DNA from: Pristiophorus japonicus
Taxonomy: Eukaryota
Length of the DNA stretch: 64,000 nucleotides
Direction of reading: 5' to 3'
Assembly: GCF_044704955.1 (NCBI RefSeq)
Contig: NC_091996.1
Coordinates: forward strand, 97,526,001-97,590,000
Program-made: the position numbers and the translations under genes
Shown: one piece after another, positions 33,940 through 45,946 of the stretch
Layout: each line of letters starts with the position of its first letter
Position numbering within the stretch: position 1 is the first letter of the stretch
Notes under the pieces: generated by a model
Database searches by the model: none
What the model saw: the letters and a program-made list of their open reading frames with translations, nothing else
Told to the model about the DNA's origin: nothing

Positions 33940-36070
33940 GATTGAGGAGGAATTTCTTCACTCAGAGGGGGGGTGAATCTTTGGAATTCTCTGCCCCAGA
34001 GGACTGTGGAGGCTCAGTCTTTGAGTATATTGAAGGCTGAGATCGAGAGATTATCGGACTCTCGGGGAATCGAGGGATATGGGGATCGGGCGGGAAAGTG
34101 GAGTTGAGATCGAAGATCAGCCGTGATCTCATTGAATGGTGGAGCAGGCTCGAGGGGCCTAATTCTTATGTTCATTGCAACAACATCATCTGCTTTGAAT
34201 AGCTTGGAAACATTGCAAATCACCCTGTCATGCTGTGGGAAGTCTCACTGGAAACAGTAAGAGGTGTGGAAATCTTGATAAGGTGAGCGTTGGGTATAAC
34301 AATCTCGCTTTTCCTCTTCAGTTTTCAGTCACAGGGTTGGGTTTACATTCTTGCAAATGCTGCTGTTAATACCTGACCAATAATTTCAATTTTATGATAA
34401 GGAAGTTAATATTTTAACATAAATGAACTACAAAAGCCTCATTGTCAAAAGCTGGACCAGTTTTTTTCAAAACATTTTTCAAGGTAGTGACACAGAATCC
34501 TACGGCCCATCATGTCTTTGAAAGGACAATTAGTCCCACTCCCCTGCTCGTTCCCCATAGCCCTGCATTTTTTTTTCTTTTCAAGTTTATATGAAAGGTT
34601 TTGATGGAGCGGATACAAAGAGAATGTTTCCACTTGTGGGGACGAGTATAACTAGAGGCCATCAATATAAGATAGTCACCCAGAAATCCAATGGGGAATT
34701 CAGGAGAAACTTCTTTACCCAGAGAGGGGTGAGAATGTGGAACTCGCTGCCACAGGGAGGGGTTGAGGTGAATAGTATCGATGTATTTAAGGGGAGGCTG
34801 GACAAGTGTATGGGGGAGAAGGGAATCGAGGGTTATGCTGATAGATTTAGATGGGGAAAGACAGGAGGAGGCTCGAGTGGGACATAAACCCCGGCACGGA
34901 CTGGTTGGGTCCAATGGCCTGTTTCTGGGCCGTGTATCCAAAGTAATATCCAATTCCCGGTTTGAAAGTTACTATTGAATCTGCTCCCACCGCCCTTTCA
35001 CAACAACTCGCTGTGTAAAAACATTCTCATCTCCTCTCTGGTTTTTTTGCCAGTTATCTTAAATCTGTGTCCTCTGGTTACCGACACTCCTGCCCCGGGA
35101 ACAGTTTCTCTCTATGTAGTCCATCAAAACAGGACATAATTTTGAACACCCCTAACGACTCTCCCCTTAACCTTCTCTGCTCCAAGGAGAACAACCCCAG
35201 CTTCTCTAGTCATCACTAGAATTTCAGTAGTGTTATGGTGATTGAGAGAAATCTTCGCGCCATCTCAATTTTAGCTGTGAGGAGCGCCCAACAGGTACTA
35301 TGCTAATATTTTGTCGTTCTGAACTTGGGCAGTGCCTGAAGAGAGCGTTTTGCGCTATTTTACACTTGGCTGAAGTAATGGTGGCGACATCTGAAACTGC
35401 TAGTGGAAGCAACTGTGTACAGTTCTGGTCACATTACAGGAAAGATGTTAACCGAAGGTATTAAGGGATGTGGGCCAAATGGAGTTAGGTCGCAGATCAG
35501 TCATGATCTGATTGAATGGTGGAGCAGGCTCGAGGGGCTGATTGGCCTCCTCCTGTTCCTATGTGATTGCACTGGAGAGGGTACAGAGAAGATTTACCAG
35601 GATGTTGCCTGGACTGGAGAATTTTAGCTTTGAGGAAAGATTGGATAGACTGGGTATGTTTTCTTTGGAACAGAGGAGGTTGAGGGGACACCTGATTGAG
35701 GTGTATAAAATTATGAGGGGCCTGGATAGAGTGGATAGGAAGGACCTATTTCCCTTAGCAGAGGGGTCAACAACCAGGGGGCACAGATTTAAAGTAATTG
35801 GTAAAAGGATTAGAGGGGAGTTGAGGAGAATCTTTTTCACCCAGAGGGTGGTGGGGGTCTGGAACTCACTGCCTGAAAGGGTGGTAGAGGCAGAAACCCT
35901 CACCACATTTAAAAAGTACTTGGATGTGCACCTGAAGTGCCGTAACCCACAGGGCTATGGACCGAGAGCTGGAAAGTGGGATTTAGGCCGGGTAGCTCTT
36001 TGTCGGCCGGTGCGGACACGACGGGCCGAATGGCCTCCTTCTGTGCTGTAAATTTCTGAGATTCTATGAT
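33940..36070. mobile_element. Cluster of CR1 3' fragments, both strands
   Basis: Repeated FFTQRVV..WNSLP ORF2 ends and 3' hairpins (e.g. 34591-34950, 35560-36070). Confidence 0.75.
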
Positions 36071-36534
36071 TCAATTTGAACTGATCATTAAGACTGACAG
36101 ATGACATTAAAGGATACAATTGCAGCAAGGCTTTCCCTCTGCCCAGACAGTAAATACGCTTGGTGACAATAATGTAAAGTGAGAATTGTCTAAGAGTATC
36201 CAAAAGATAATTCAAAACTATACTTGTTATTCTGACATTTAAATTTGTTTCAGCAAATCTTCAAGTGACTAATAAAGGTAGTGCATGTTAACTGCGGTTT
36301 CCTGTTCTCCAGGGCAGTGCACCATTAGCTAAAAGCTCAGAAACCAAATAAAGTACTTGAAATCTTTGGGACTTGCCAGAGAATGCTGTGCATTCACTGG
36401 CTAATGGTTACTCATTGATCCTCGTGCCTGATTCGTACAGTCCTGGCTAGCAATGTCTGAAGGGCAATGACCAGTTGCTTTGTTCATATATTGCCTGCAC
36501 TATCTTGGTTAGAACTGCTCGAAGTATTCAGCAC

Positions 36535-38312
36535 GCTTCAGCTGGGTAGCACTCTCACTTCTGAGTCAGAAGGTCGTGGGTTCAAGTCCCACTCTCGGAA
36601 CTTGAGCGCATAAATCTAGGCTGACACTCCCAGTGCAGTACTGAGGGAGCCCCGCACTGTCGGAGGGGCAGTACTGAGGGAGCGCCGCACTGTCGGAGGG
36701 GCAGTACTGAGGGAGCCCCGCACTGTCGGAGGGGCAGTACTGAGGGAGCGCCGCACTGTCGGAGGGGCAGTACTGAGGGAGCGCCGCACTGTCGGAGGGG
36801 CAGTACTGAGGGAGCGCCGCACTGTCGGAGGGGCAGTACTGAGGGAGCGCCGCACTGTCGGAGGGGCAGTACTGAGGGAGCGCCGCACTGTCGGAGGGGC
36901 AGTACTGAGGGAGCCCCGCACTGTCGGAGGGGCAGTACTGAGGGAGCGCCGCACTGTCGGAGGGGCAGTACTGAGGGAGCCCCGCACTGTCGGAGGGGCA
37001 GTACTGAGGGAGCGCCGCACTGTCGGAGGGGCAGTACTGAGGGAGCGCCGCACTGTCGGAGGGGCAGTACTGAGGGAGCGCCGCACTGTCGGAGGGGCAG
37101 TACTGAGGGAGCGCCGCACTGTCGGAGGGGCAGTACTGAGGGAGCGCCGCACTGTCGGAGGGGCAGTACTGAGGGAGCGCCGCACTGTCGGAGGGGCAGT
37201 ACTGAGGGAGCGCCGCACTGTCGGAGGGGCAGTACTGAGGGAGCGCCGCACTGTCGGAGGGGCAGTACTGAGGGAGCGCCGCACTGTCGGAGGGGCAGTA
37301 CTGAGGGAGCCCCGCACTGTCGGAGGGGCAGTACTGAGGGAGCCCCGCACTGTCGGAGGGGCAGTACTGAGGGAGCGCCGCACTGTCGGAGGGGCAGTAC
37401 TGAGGGAGCGCCGCACTGTCGGAGGGGCAGTACTGAGGGAGCCCCGCACTGTCGGAGGGGCAGTACTGAGGGAGCGCCGCACTGTCGGAGGGGCAGTACT
37501 GAGGGAGCCCCGCACTGTCGGAGGGGCAGTACTGAGGGAGCGCCGCACTGTCGGAGGGGAAGTACTGAGGGAGCGCCGCACTGTCGGAGGGGCAGTACTG
37601 AGGGAGCGCCGCACTGTCGGAGGGGCAGTACTGAGGGAGCGCCGCACTGTCGGAGGGGCAGTACTGAGGGAGCGCCGCACTGTCGGAGGGGCAGTACTGA
37701 GGGAGCGCCGCACTGTCGGAGGGGCAGTACTGAGGGAGCGCCGCACTGTCGGAGGGGCAGTACTGAGGGAGCGCCGCACTGTCGGAGGGGCAGTACTGAG
37801 GGAGCGCCGCACTGTCGGAGGGGCAGTACTGAGGGAGCGCCGCACTGTCGGAGGGGCAGTACTGAGGGAGCGCCGCACTGTCGGAGGGGCAGTACTGAGG
37901 GAGTGCCGCACTGTCGGAGGGGCAGTACTGAGGGAGCGCCGCACTGTTGGAGGGGTGGTACTGAGGGAGTGCCGCACTGTCAGAGGTGCTGTCTTTCGGA
38001 CGAGATGTTAAACTGAGGCCCCGTCTGCTCTCTCAGGTGGATGTAAAGGATCCCATGGCACTATTTCAAAGAGCAGCAGGGGAGTTTCCCCTGGTGTCCT
38101 GGGGCCAATATTTATCCCTCAATCAGCATAATTAAAACAGATGATCTGGTCATTATCACATTGCTGTGTGTGGGAGCTTGCTGTGCGCAAATTGGCTGCC
38201 GCGTTTCCCAAATTACAACAGTGACTACACTCCAAAAGTACTTCATTGGCTGTAAAGCGCTTTGAGACATCCGGTTATCATGAAAGGCGCTATATAAAGG
38301 CAAGTCTTTTAT
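36535..38312 (+). mobile_element. Complete Deu-SINE with highly homogeneous internal 33-bp array (~41 units, 36636-37985)
   Basis: Head with B box GGTTCAAGTCC (~36579), array CAGTACTGAGGGAGCGCCGCACTGTCGGAGGGG, body from ggtgctgtctttcgga, tail ending caagtctttt. Confidence 0.93.
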
Positions 38313-38409
38313 GTGAGAATGATCATGCCTACATAAGTGAGGATGATTCATTTTGTGTTGTTATGTGTGTTTGAGTGATTGTGTGTGATAAGGAGTAAGG
38401 ATAAACAAG

Positions 38410-39970
38410 ATTTGGAGACACTGGAGAGGGTGCAGAGAAGATCTACAAGGATGATGCCAGAAATGCGAGATTATATATAACAGGAAAGGATGAACAGGCT
38501 GGGTCTCTTTTCTCTTGAATAGAGAAGGCTGAGGGGTGAGCTAATAGGGGTCTTTAAAATGATGAAAGGTTTTGATGGAGTGGATACAGAGAGAATGTTC
38601 CCACTTGTGGGGAAGAGTATAACTAGAGGCCATCAATATCAGATAGTCATCCAGAAATCCAATGGGGAATTCAGGAGAAACTTCTTTACCCAGAGAGCGG
38701 TGAGAATGTGGAACTCGCTGCCACAGGGAGGGGTTGAGGCGAATAGTATCGATGTATTTAAGGGGAGGCTGGACAAGTATATGGGGGAGAAGGGAATAGA
38801 GGGTTATGCTGATAGAGTTAGATGGGGAAAGACGGGAGGAGGCTCGAGTGGGACATAAACGCCGGTATGGTTCTGTGCTGTATATCCTATGTAATCCCGT
38901 CTGTATGTTAATACTTTAGGCCCAACAAGCTCATAATGTGTTCATAGACCATCTCATTACATCCCTCAAGCCTTTCTGTTTCCAGCAACACACCTAGTTG
39001 TCCCATTTGTACTGTCCTCTTCAATGGCCTCTCCCCGTAATTTATTCCAACGCTCTTTGGGTGAAAATGTTCCACCTGACTTCCTTCTCAGTCCTAAGCA
39101 ACGCACTGCCTGAGCGGGCGATGGCAACAGATTCAATAATAGCCTTCAAACAGGAATTGGATAAATACTCGAAGGAGAAAAAAAATTGTAGGGATATGTG
39201 GGAAAGAGCGGGGCAGTGGGACTAACTGGGTTATTCTTCGAAGGAGCTGGTGCAGATTCGATGGACCGAATGGCCTCCATCTGTCGCTACCATATATAAA
39301 GTATATATCCACAGATCCTTAAAGGTTGCAGGACAGGTCGATAAAGTCGTTAAAAAGGCATAGTGAATGCTTTCTTTTATTAACCGAGGCATAGAACACA
39401 AGAGCAGGGGGGTTATGCTTGAACTGTATAAAACCCTCGTTAGGCCACAGCTGGAGTACTGCGTGCAGTACTGGTCACCACATTACAGGAAAGTTGTGGA
39501 GAGGGTACAGAGGAGATTTACCAGGATGTTGCCAGGACTGGAGAATTTTAGCCAAGAGGAAAGATTGGGTAGGCTGGGTTGTTTTCCAAGGAACAGAGGA
39601 GGTTGAGGGCGACCTTATTGAGGTGTATAAAATTATGAGGGGTCTAGATAGAGTGGATAGGAAGGCCCCGTCTCCCCTCAATAACCAGGGGGCATAGATT
39701 TAAAGTAATTGGTAGAAGGATTAGAGGGGAAATGAGGAAGAATTTCTTCACCCAGAGGGTGGTGGGGGTCTGGAACTCACGGCCTGAAAGGGTGGTAGAG
39801 GCAGAAACCCTCACCACATTTAAAAAGTACTTGGATGTGCACCTGAAGTGCTGTAACCCACAGGGCTACGGACCCAGAGCTGGAAAATGGGATTAGGCTG
39901 GGTAGCTCTTTTTCGACTGGGGTGGGCACGATGGGCCGAATGGCCTCCTTCCGTGCTGTAAATTGCTCTG
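38410..39970 (+). mobile_element. CR1 3' fragments
   Basis: VRPQLEYCVQYWSP and FFTQR..WNSL motifs. Confidence 0.8.
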
Positions 39971-41414
39971 CTTTTGTAAGTCTCTTTGCTCCAGTTCCAT
40001 GTTAGAGCCTACCTCTGACCTCAGGCTAAATGTACACCCTATGTTTGCAGTGTTGGAGCGGAACAAGATGCAGTGGCTACTCTTTTTGGCCTCAGTAGAT
40101 GAGCAGTGTGAGAACCCTGTACAATGACCTCGAGCATTTTCTTCATGATAGATGCAAGACTAACTGAACTGCATTTATATAGCGCCATATACATAGTAAA
40201 AACATCCCAAGGGGCTTCATAGGAGTGATTATAAAACAAACATTTGACACCGAGCCACACAAGGGGATATTAGGGCAGGTGACCAAAAGTTTGGTCAAAG
40301 AGGCAGGTTTTAAGGAGTGTCCTAAAGGAGGCAGCGAGGTTTAGGGAGGGAATTCCAGAGCTTAGGGCTCGGGCAGCTTGAGGCATGGCCGCCGATGGTG
40401 GAGTGATAGAAATCGGGAGGTGGGGGTACCAGAATTGGAGGAGCGCAGGGATCTCAGGGGGTTGGAGGAGGTTACGGAAATAGGGAGGGGTGAGTCCATG
40501 GAATGATTTGAAAACAAGGATGTGAATTTTAAGATCGAGGTGTTGCCGGACCGGGAGCCAACGGAGATCCAGCCTTCTAGCACAGATCATGTGTTGGAGT
40601 TTTTCCAATTGTTAACGAGTTGCCGTCAAACTACAGTTGCCAACTCTGGCTGCATGTATCACTAGAGGTTTCATCACATGTCCTCCTGACTCCAATGTCC
40701 CCGCCCCCACCAAGCCAATATTTAACTAATAAACGAACGTGTTCAACGAAAATGAGAAAAAAAAATGCCCCCTATGATTTTTCTCCCGGAGATGAATCGT
40801 GAACTTCCTGGAAACTCCAGGACAATCCTGGAGGGTTAGCAATCCTGTCCTCAAACCCCTGACAGAGATAGAAGACTCCCTCTTCAAGTTTTCAAATCAA
40901 TCTTTTTCACACAAAGTCACTGACAGGTTTTATTCTTCTTATTGTTTGTTGTAGCAGTTTTTGTTACAACTGAGTGGCTCGCTGGGCCATTTAAAAATCA
41001 ACCACATTGCTGTGGGTCTGGCGTCACATATCGGCCGGCCAGACCGGATAAGGACGGCAGATTTCCTTCCCTGAAGGGTATTAATGACCCAGATGGGTTT
41101 TTACGACAATCCGATATCACTGATACTCGCTTTTTATTCCAGATTTATTTAATTAACTGAATTTAAATTCCCCAGCTGCTGTGGTGGGATATGAACTTGA
41201 GTCTCTGGACCATTAGTCCCGGTCTCTGGGTTACTGGCCCAGTAAAATTACCACTATGCTCGCGTTCCCCCTTTAAGTTACCATGCTGCTTTAACAGACA
41301 ACATTCCAACAGTTAACATCACGACCCTGCTCTGTCACAATAAATATCGGTTAGGATCAACGAGAACTATGTGTTAAACAACAATCGTGTACGGAGACTA
41401 AAATGAATTCTCAC

Positions 41415-41594
41415 CAAGATGCCACCTCCAATAATCCCTCCGAGATACAGGACCTCCGGCGTCATTTTGTTGAGGTCTTGCACATATTCCACCTCAAAGT
41501 TGGGGAAGAGAAGGAGGACGTTGGCCACGATACACAAGAAAGCAAAGGGGTACAAGGAGACCCCGATACACTGAGCGCATTTCCCCGTGCACAT
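41415..41594 (-). CDS. TM4SF (transmembrane 4 L6 family; TM4SF5/TM4SF1-like, resembling teleost tm4sf21) paralogue A, coding exon 1; gene spans 41594-24104, 205 aa
   Basis: acaATG start, MCTGKCAQCIGVSL N-terminus diagnostic of the L6 family, donor |gtgaga; all five exons join in frame with GT-AG introns. Confidence 0.93.
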
Positions 41595-41649
41595 TGTGCT
41601 CGAAGGTTACAGGCCAGGTGACAACGAGGGCACTGCACAGAACCTGTCG

Positions 41650-41930
41650 GGTTTTATCAGCAAAGGGCTGGTGACGACAGTTCAGATAAAGCCTACGTTA
41701 CACTTTCCTCTCGCGAAGGGCAGGCTTTCTGACTCGTGCCACCAATGAATGTGCAGAAAATCTGGGACTTCTCCATCTCTCTTATCTCTGTTTGTTTTTT
41801 CCTCGCATATGTCTACCAATGAACGGTAAAGAGATAAGCATGAGAGAGCAGAGGTTGGATACCAAAGCTTTGAACGGCAATAAATGCAAGCAGAGCAATT
41901 GGGTTGTTTTGTGTCCAAAAATGATTAACA
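41650..41930 (-). promoter_or_regulatory. Putative proximal promoter of paralogue A (GATA cluster, HNF1-like site)
   Basis: WGATAA at 41654, 41684, 41782, 41832; GTTAATCATT on the - strand at ~41920-41929; repeat-free stretch. Confidence 0.4.
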
Positions 41931-42429
41931 TCTGGAAAACAAAATGAGCTCACATTACAGTAACGGATATACTGAAATACTCACTTCCCAGTCACTTGGA
42001 TAGGTCCTTCCTCCTCAAGCACTGTAGCCTAGTTTCAGGGGGCGGTTTTAACCCCACTCAACTCAGCAGAAAGATGGTGTGTGGGCAACAACAACCTGTA
42101 TTTATATAGCGCCTTTAACGTCCCCGGGAGCTTCACGGGAGCGTGATAAGACAAAAAAATAAATTTGACACCGAGCCAGATAAAAAGAAATTACAACAGA
42201 TGACCAAAGAACATAAGAATTCGGAGCAGGAGTCGGCCATTCGGCCCCTCGAGCCTGCTCCGCCATTCAGTGAAATCATGGCTGATCTTCGATCTCAACT
42301 CCACTTTCTTGCACTGTCCTCATATCCCGCGATTCCCTCAATATCCAAAAATCTAGCGATCTCTGTCTCGAATGTACTCAAAGACTGAGCTTCCACAGCC
42401 CTCTGGGGCAGAGAATTCAGAGGTTCACC

Positions 42430-44150
42430 CCACATTTTCAAAATGGATTGAATGTGAAATAATGTCGGGAAGCACTGCCACCGCCACTATTGAAAGTCTG
42501 AGGGCCATGTTTGCCACTCACGGCCTGCCTGACATACTGGTCAGTGACAACGGGCCATGTTTCACCAGTGCCGAATTTACAGAATTCATGACCTGCAATG
42601 GGATCAAACATGTCACCTCAGCCCCGTTTAAACCAGCCTCCAATGGGCAGGCAGAGCGGGCAGTACAAACCATCAAACAGAGCCTTAAACGAGTCACAGA
42701 AGGCTCACTCCAAACCCGCCTGTCCTGAGTACTGCATAGCTACCGCACGAGACCCCACTCGCTCACAGGGGTGTCCCCGGCTGAGCTACTCATGAAAAGG
42801 ACACTTAAAACCAGACTCTCGCTGGTTCACCCCAACCTGCATGATCAGGTAGAGAGCAGGCGGCAGCAACAAAATGTAAACGATGGTCGCGCCACTGTGT
42901 CACGGGAAATTGATCTGAATGACCCTGTGTATGTGCTAAACTATGGACATGGTCCCAAATGGATCGCGGGCACGGTGATAGCTAAAGAAGGGAATAGGGT
43001 GTTTGTAGTCAAACTAGACAATGGACAAATTTGCAGAAAGCACCTGGACCAAACGAGGCTGCGGTTCACAGACTGCCCTGAACAACCCACAGCAGACACC
43101 ATCTTTTTCGAACCCACAACACACACCCAAAGGATCAACGACGCCATGCTGGATCAGGAAATCGAATCCATCATTGTATAGGATAATAGTGAGGCCACAC
43201 CTGGAGTACTGCGTGCAGTTTTGGTCACCTTACTTAAGGAGGGATATACTAGCTTTGGAGGGGGTACAGAGACGATTCACTAGGCTGATTCCGGAGATGA
43301 GGGGGTTACCTTATGATGATAGATTGAGTAGACTGGGTCTTTACTCGCTGGAGTTCAGAAGGATGAGGGATGATCTTATAGAAACATTTAAAATAATGAA
43401 AGGGATAGACAAGATCGAGGCAGAGAGGTTGTTTCCACTGGTCGGGGAGACTAGAACTAGGGGGCACAGCCTCAAACTACGGGGGAGCCAATTTAAAACC
43501 GAGTTGAGAAGGAATTTCTTCTCCCAGAGGGTTGTGAATCTGTGGAATTCTCTGCCCAAGGAAGCAGTTGAGGCTAGCTCATTGAATGTATTCAAGTCAC
43601 AGATAGATAGATTTTTAACCAATAAGAGTTATGGGGAGAGGGCGGGTAAGTGGAGCTGAGTCCATGGCCAGATCAGCCATGATCTTGTTGAATGGCGGAG
43701 CAGGCTCGAGGGGCTAGATGGCCTACTCCTGTTCCTAATTCTTATGTTATCACGCCCAACAGCCCAGCAAGGCCAGGCTCACCCAGCAGCCCTGCAGGGC
43801 CAACAACACGCCAGCCCAGCGAGGGCACAGCCAACACACCAGAGCAGACATTTGTATCGAGGCGGTCCACCAGGGAAAGAAAGGCTCCCGAGCGCCTCAC
43901 CTTGTAAATAGTTTTCACTTTGACTTTGGAGGGGAGTGATGTTGTGTATCTGTAAAGCATGCACTCCCATGTTCCGCCACCAGGGAGCACATCCCCTGAA
44001 GTCCCAAGGAATCCCAGCATCCCTTGGGAGCACTGTATATAAGCCGGCCCCTAAGGCCTGTTCCTCATTCTGGAGTGTCTTATTAAAGACTGAGGTCACT
44101 GTTACTTTAACCTCCCTGTGTGCAGCCTCATCTGTGTTAGGAACACAATA
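42430..44150 (+). mobile_element. Gypsy (Mag-like) LTR retrotransposon 3' remnant: integrase, PPT, 3' LTR; interrupted by CR1 fragment 43172-43748
   Basis: VSDNGPCF, PASNGQAERAV integrase motifs with stop at 42726; PPT ggaggggag 43928-43936; LTR tgttgtg..cacaata 43940-44150 with TATA-like tatataag and ATTAAA. Confidence 0.88.
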
Positions 44151-45155
44151 CTCTTCTTGGCAACCCGTAACAAGTGGGGTGCCGCAGGAATCAGTGCTGG
44201 GACCCCAACTATTTACAATCTATATTAACGACTTGGAAGAAGGGACTGAGTGTAACGTAGCCAGGTTTGCTGATGATACAAAGATAGGAGGAAAAGCAAT
44301 GTGTGAGGAGGACACAAAAAATCTGCAAAAGGACATAGACAGGCTAAGTGAGTGGGCAAAAATTTGGCAGATGGAGTATAATGTTGGAAAGTGTGAGGTC
44401 ATGCACTTTGGCAGAAAAAAATCAAAGAGCAAGTTATTATTTAAATGGAGAAAGATTGCAAAGTGCCGCAGTACAGCGGGACCTGGGGGTCCTGGTGCAT
44501 GAAACACAAAAGGATAGTATGCAGGTACAGCAAGTGATCAGGAAGGCCAATGGAATCTTGGCCTTTATTGCAAAGGGGATGGAGAAATACCATCAACGAT
44601 GTCTTCGCAAGATCCTGCAAATCCCCTGGGAGGACAGACGCACCAACATCAGCGTCCTCGACCAGGCCAACATCCCCAGCATCGAAGCACTGACCACACT
44701 CGACCAGCTCCGCTGGGCAGGGCCACATTGTCCGCTGCCAGATACAAGACTCCCAAAGCAAGCACTCTACTCGGAACTCCTTCACGGCAAACGAGCCAAA
44801 GGTGGGCAGAGGAAACGTTACAAGGTCACCCTCAAAGCCTACCTGATAAAGTGCAACATCCCCATTGACACCTGGGAGTCCCTGGCCAAAGACCAGTCCG
44901 CCCTAAGTGGAGGAAGTGCATCCGGGAGGGCGCTGAGCACCTCGAGTCTCATCGCCGAGAGCGTGCAGAAACCAAGCGCAGGCAGCGGAAGGAGCGTGCG
45001 GCAAACCAGTCCCACCCTCCCCTTCCCTCAACCACTGTCTGTCCCACCTGTGACAGGGACTGTGGTTCCCGTATTGGACTGTTCAGCCGCCTAAGGACTC
45101 ATGCTAAGAGTGAAAGCAAGTCTTCCTCGATTGCGAGGGACTGCCTATGATGATG
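44151..45155 (+). mobile_element. CR1 RT fragment (44151-44585) joined to RTE 3' fragment (44586-45155)
   Basis: GVPQESVLGP, FADD, then HQRCLRKILQIPWEDR and tail gggactgcctatgatgatg. Confidence 0.85.
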
Positions 45156-45364
45156 TGTTTACATATGCATGGACGCCGAGCATCGGATGAGATCATAATT
45201 TAAACGGGCCTGAGTGGGGAATTCACCTGGTATTAAAATTGGAGCTGCTGGCAGCAATTTCGCTCCCCTCCCCTCCCCTCCCAGAAGCAAACCTGTCGTC
45301 CCCCCCCCCCCCCCCCCCCCGAGTGTTGTATTGAAGTGTGCTCAAGCCCTGGTGGTCGCAAAAA

Positions 45365-45946
45365 TAAAGACTTGCATTTATATAGTGCCTTTCACCACCA
45401 CTGGACATCTCAAAGCGCTTTACAGCCAATGAAATACTTTTAGAGTGTAGTCACTGTTGTAATGTGGGAAACGCGGCAACCAATTTGTGCACAGCAAGCT
45501 CCCACACACAGCAATATGATAATGACCAGATCATCTGTTTTAGTGATGTTGATTGAGGAATAAATATTTGCCAGGACACCAGGGAGAACTCCCCTGCTCT
45601 TCTTCGAAATAGTGCCGTGGGATCTTTTACATCCACCTGAGAGAGCAGACGGCCCCTCCGACAGTGCGGGGCTCCCTCAGTACTGCCCCTCCGACAGTGC
45701 GGCGCTCCCTCCGACAGTGTGGCACTCCCTCAGTACCGCCCCTCTGACAGTGTGGCGCTCCCTCAGTACTGCCCCTCTGACAGTGCGGCACTCCCTCAGT
45801 ACTGCCCCTCCGACAGTGCGGCGCTCCCTCAGTAGTGTACTGGAGTGTCAGCCTAGATTCTTGTGCTCAAGTCCCTGAATTGGGACTTGAACCCACAACC
45901 TTCTGACTCAGAGGCGAGGGTGTTGCCCACTGAGCCACAGCTGACA
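45365..45946 (-). mobile_element. Deu-SINE with short array (~6 units, 45652-45840)
   Basis: Complete head, short array, body and tail. Confidence 0.9.

Noticed and set aside
36535-36600. tRNA genes at SINE heads (also 11530-11600, 45880-45946, 48141-48200)
   Set aside because: A/B boxes are present but there is no complete cloverleaf, and each continues into SINE body.
36636-37985. 33-bp partly palindromic repeats as a CRISPR array
   Set aside because: Units are contiguous with no unique spacers, there are no cas genes, and the context is a vertebrate SINE.
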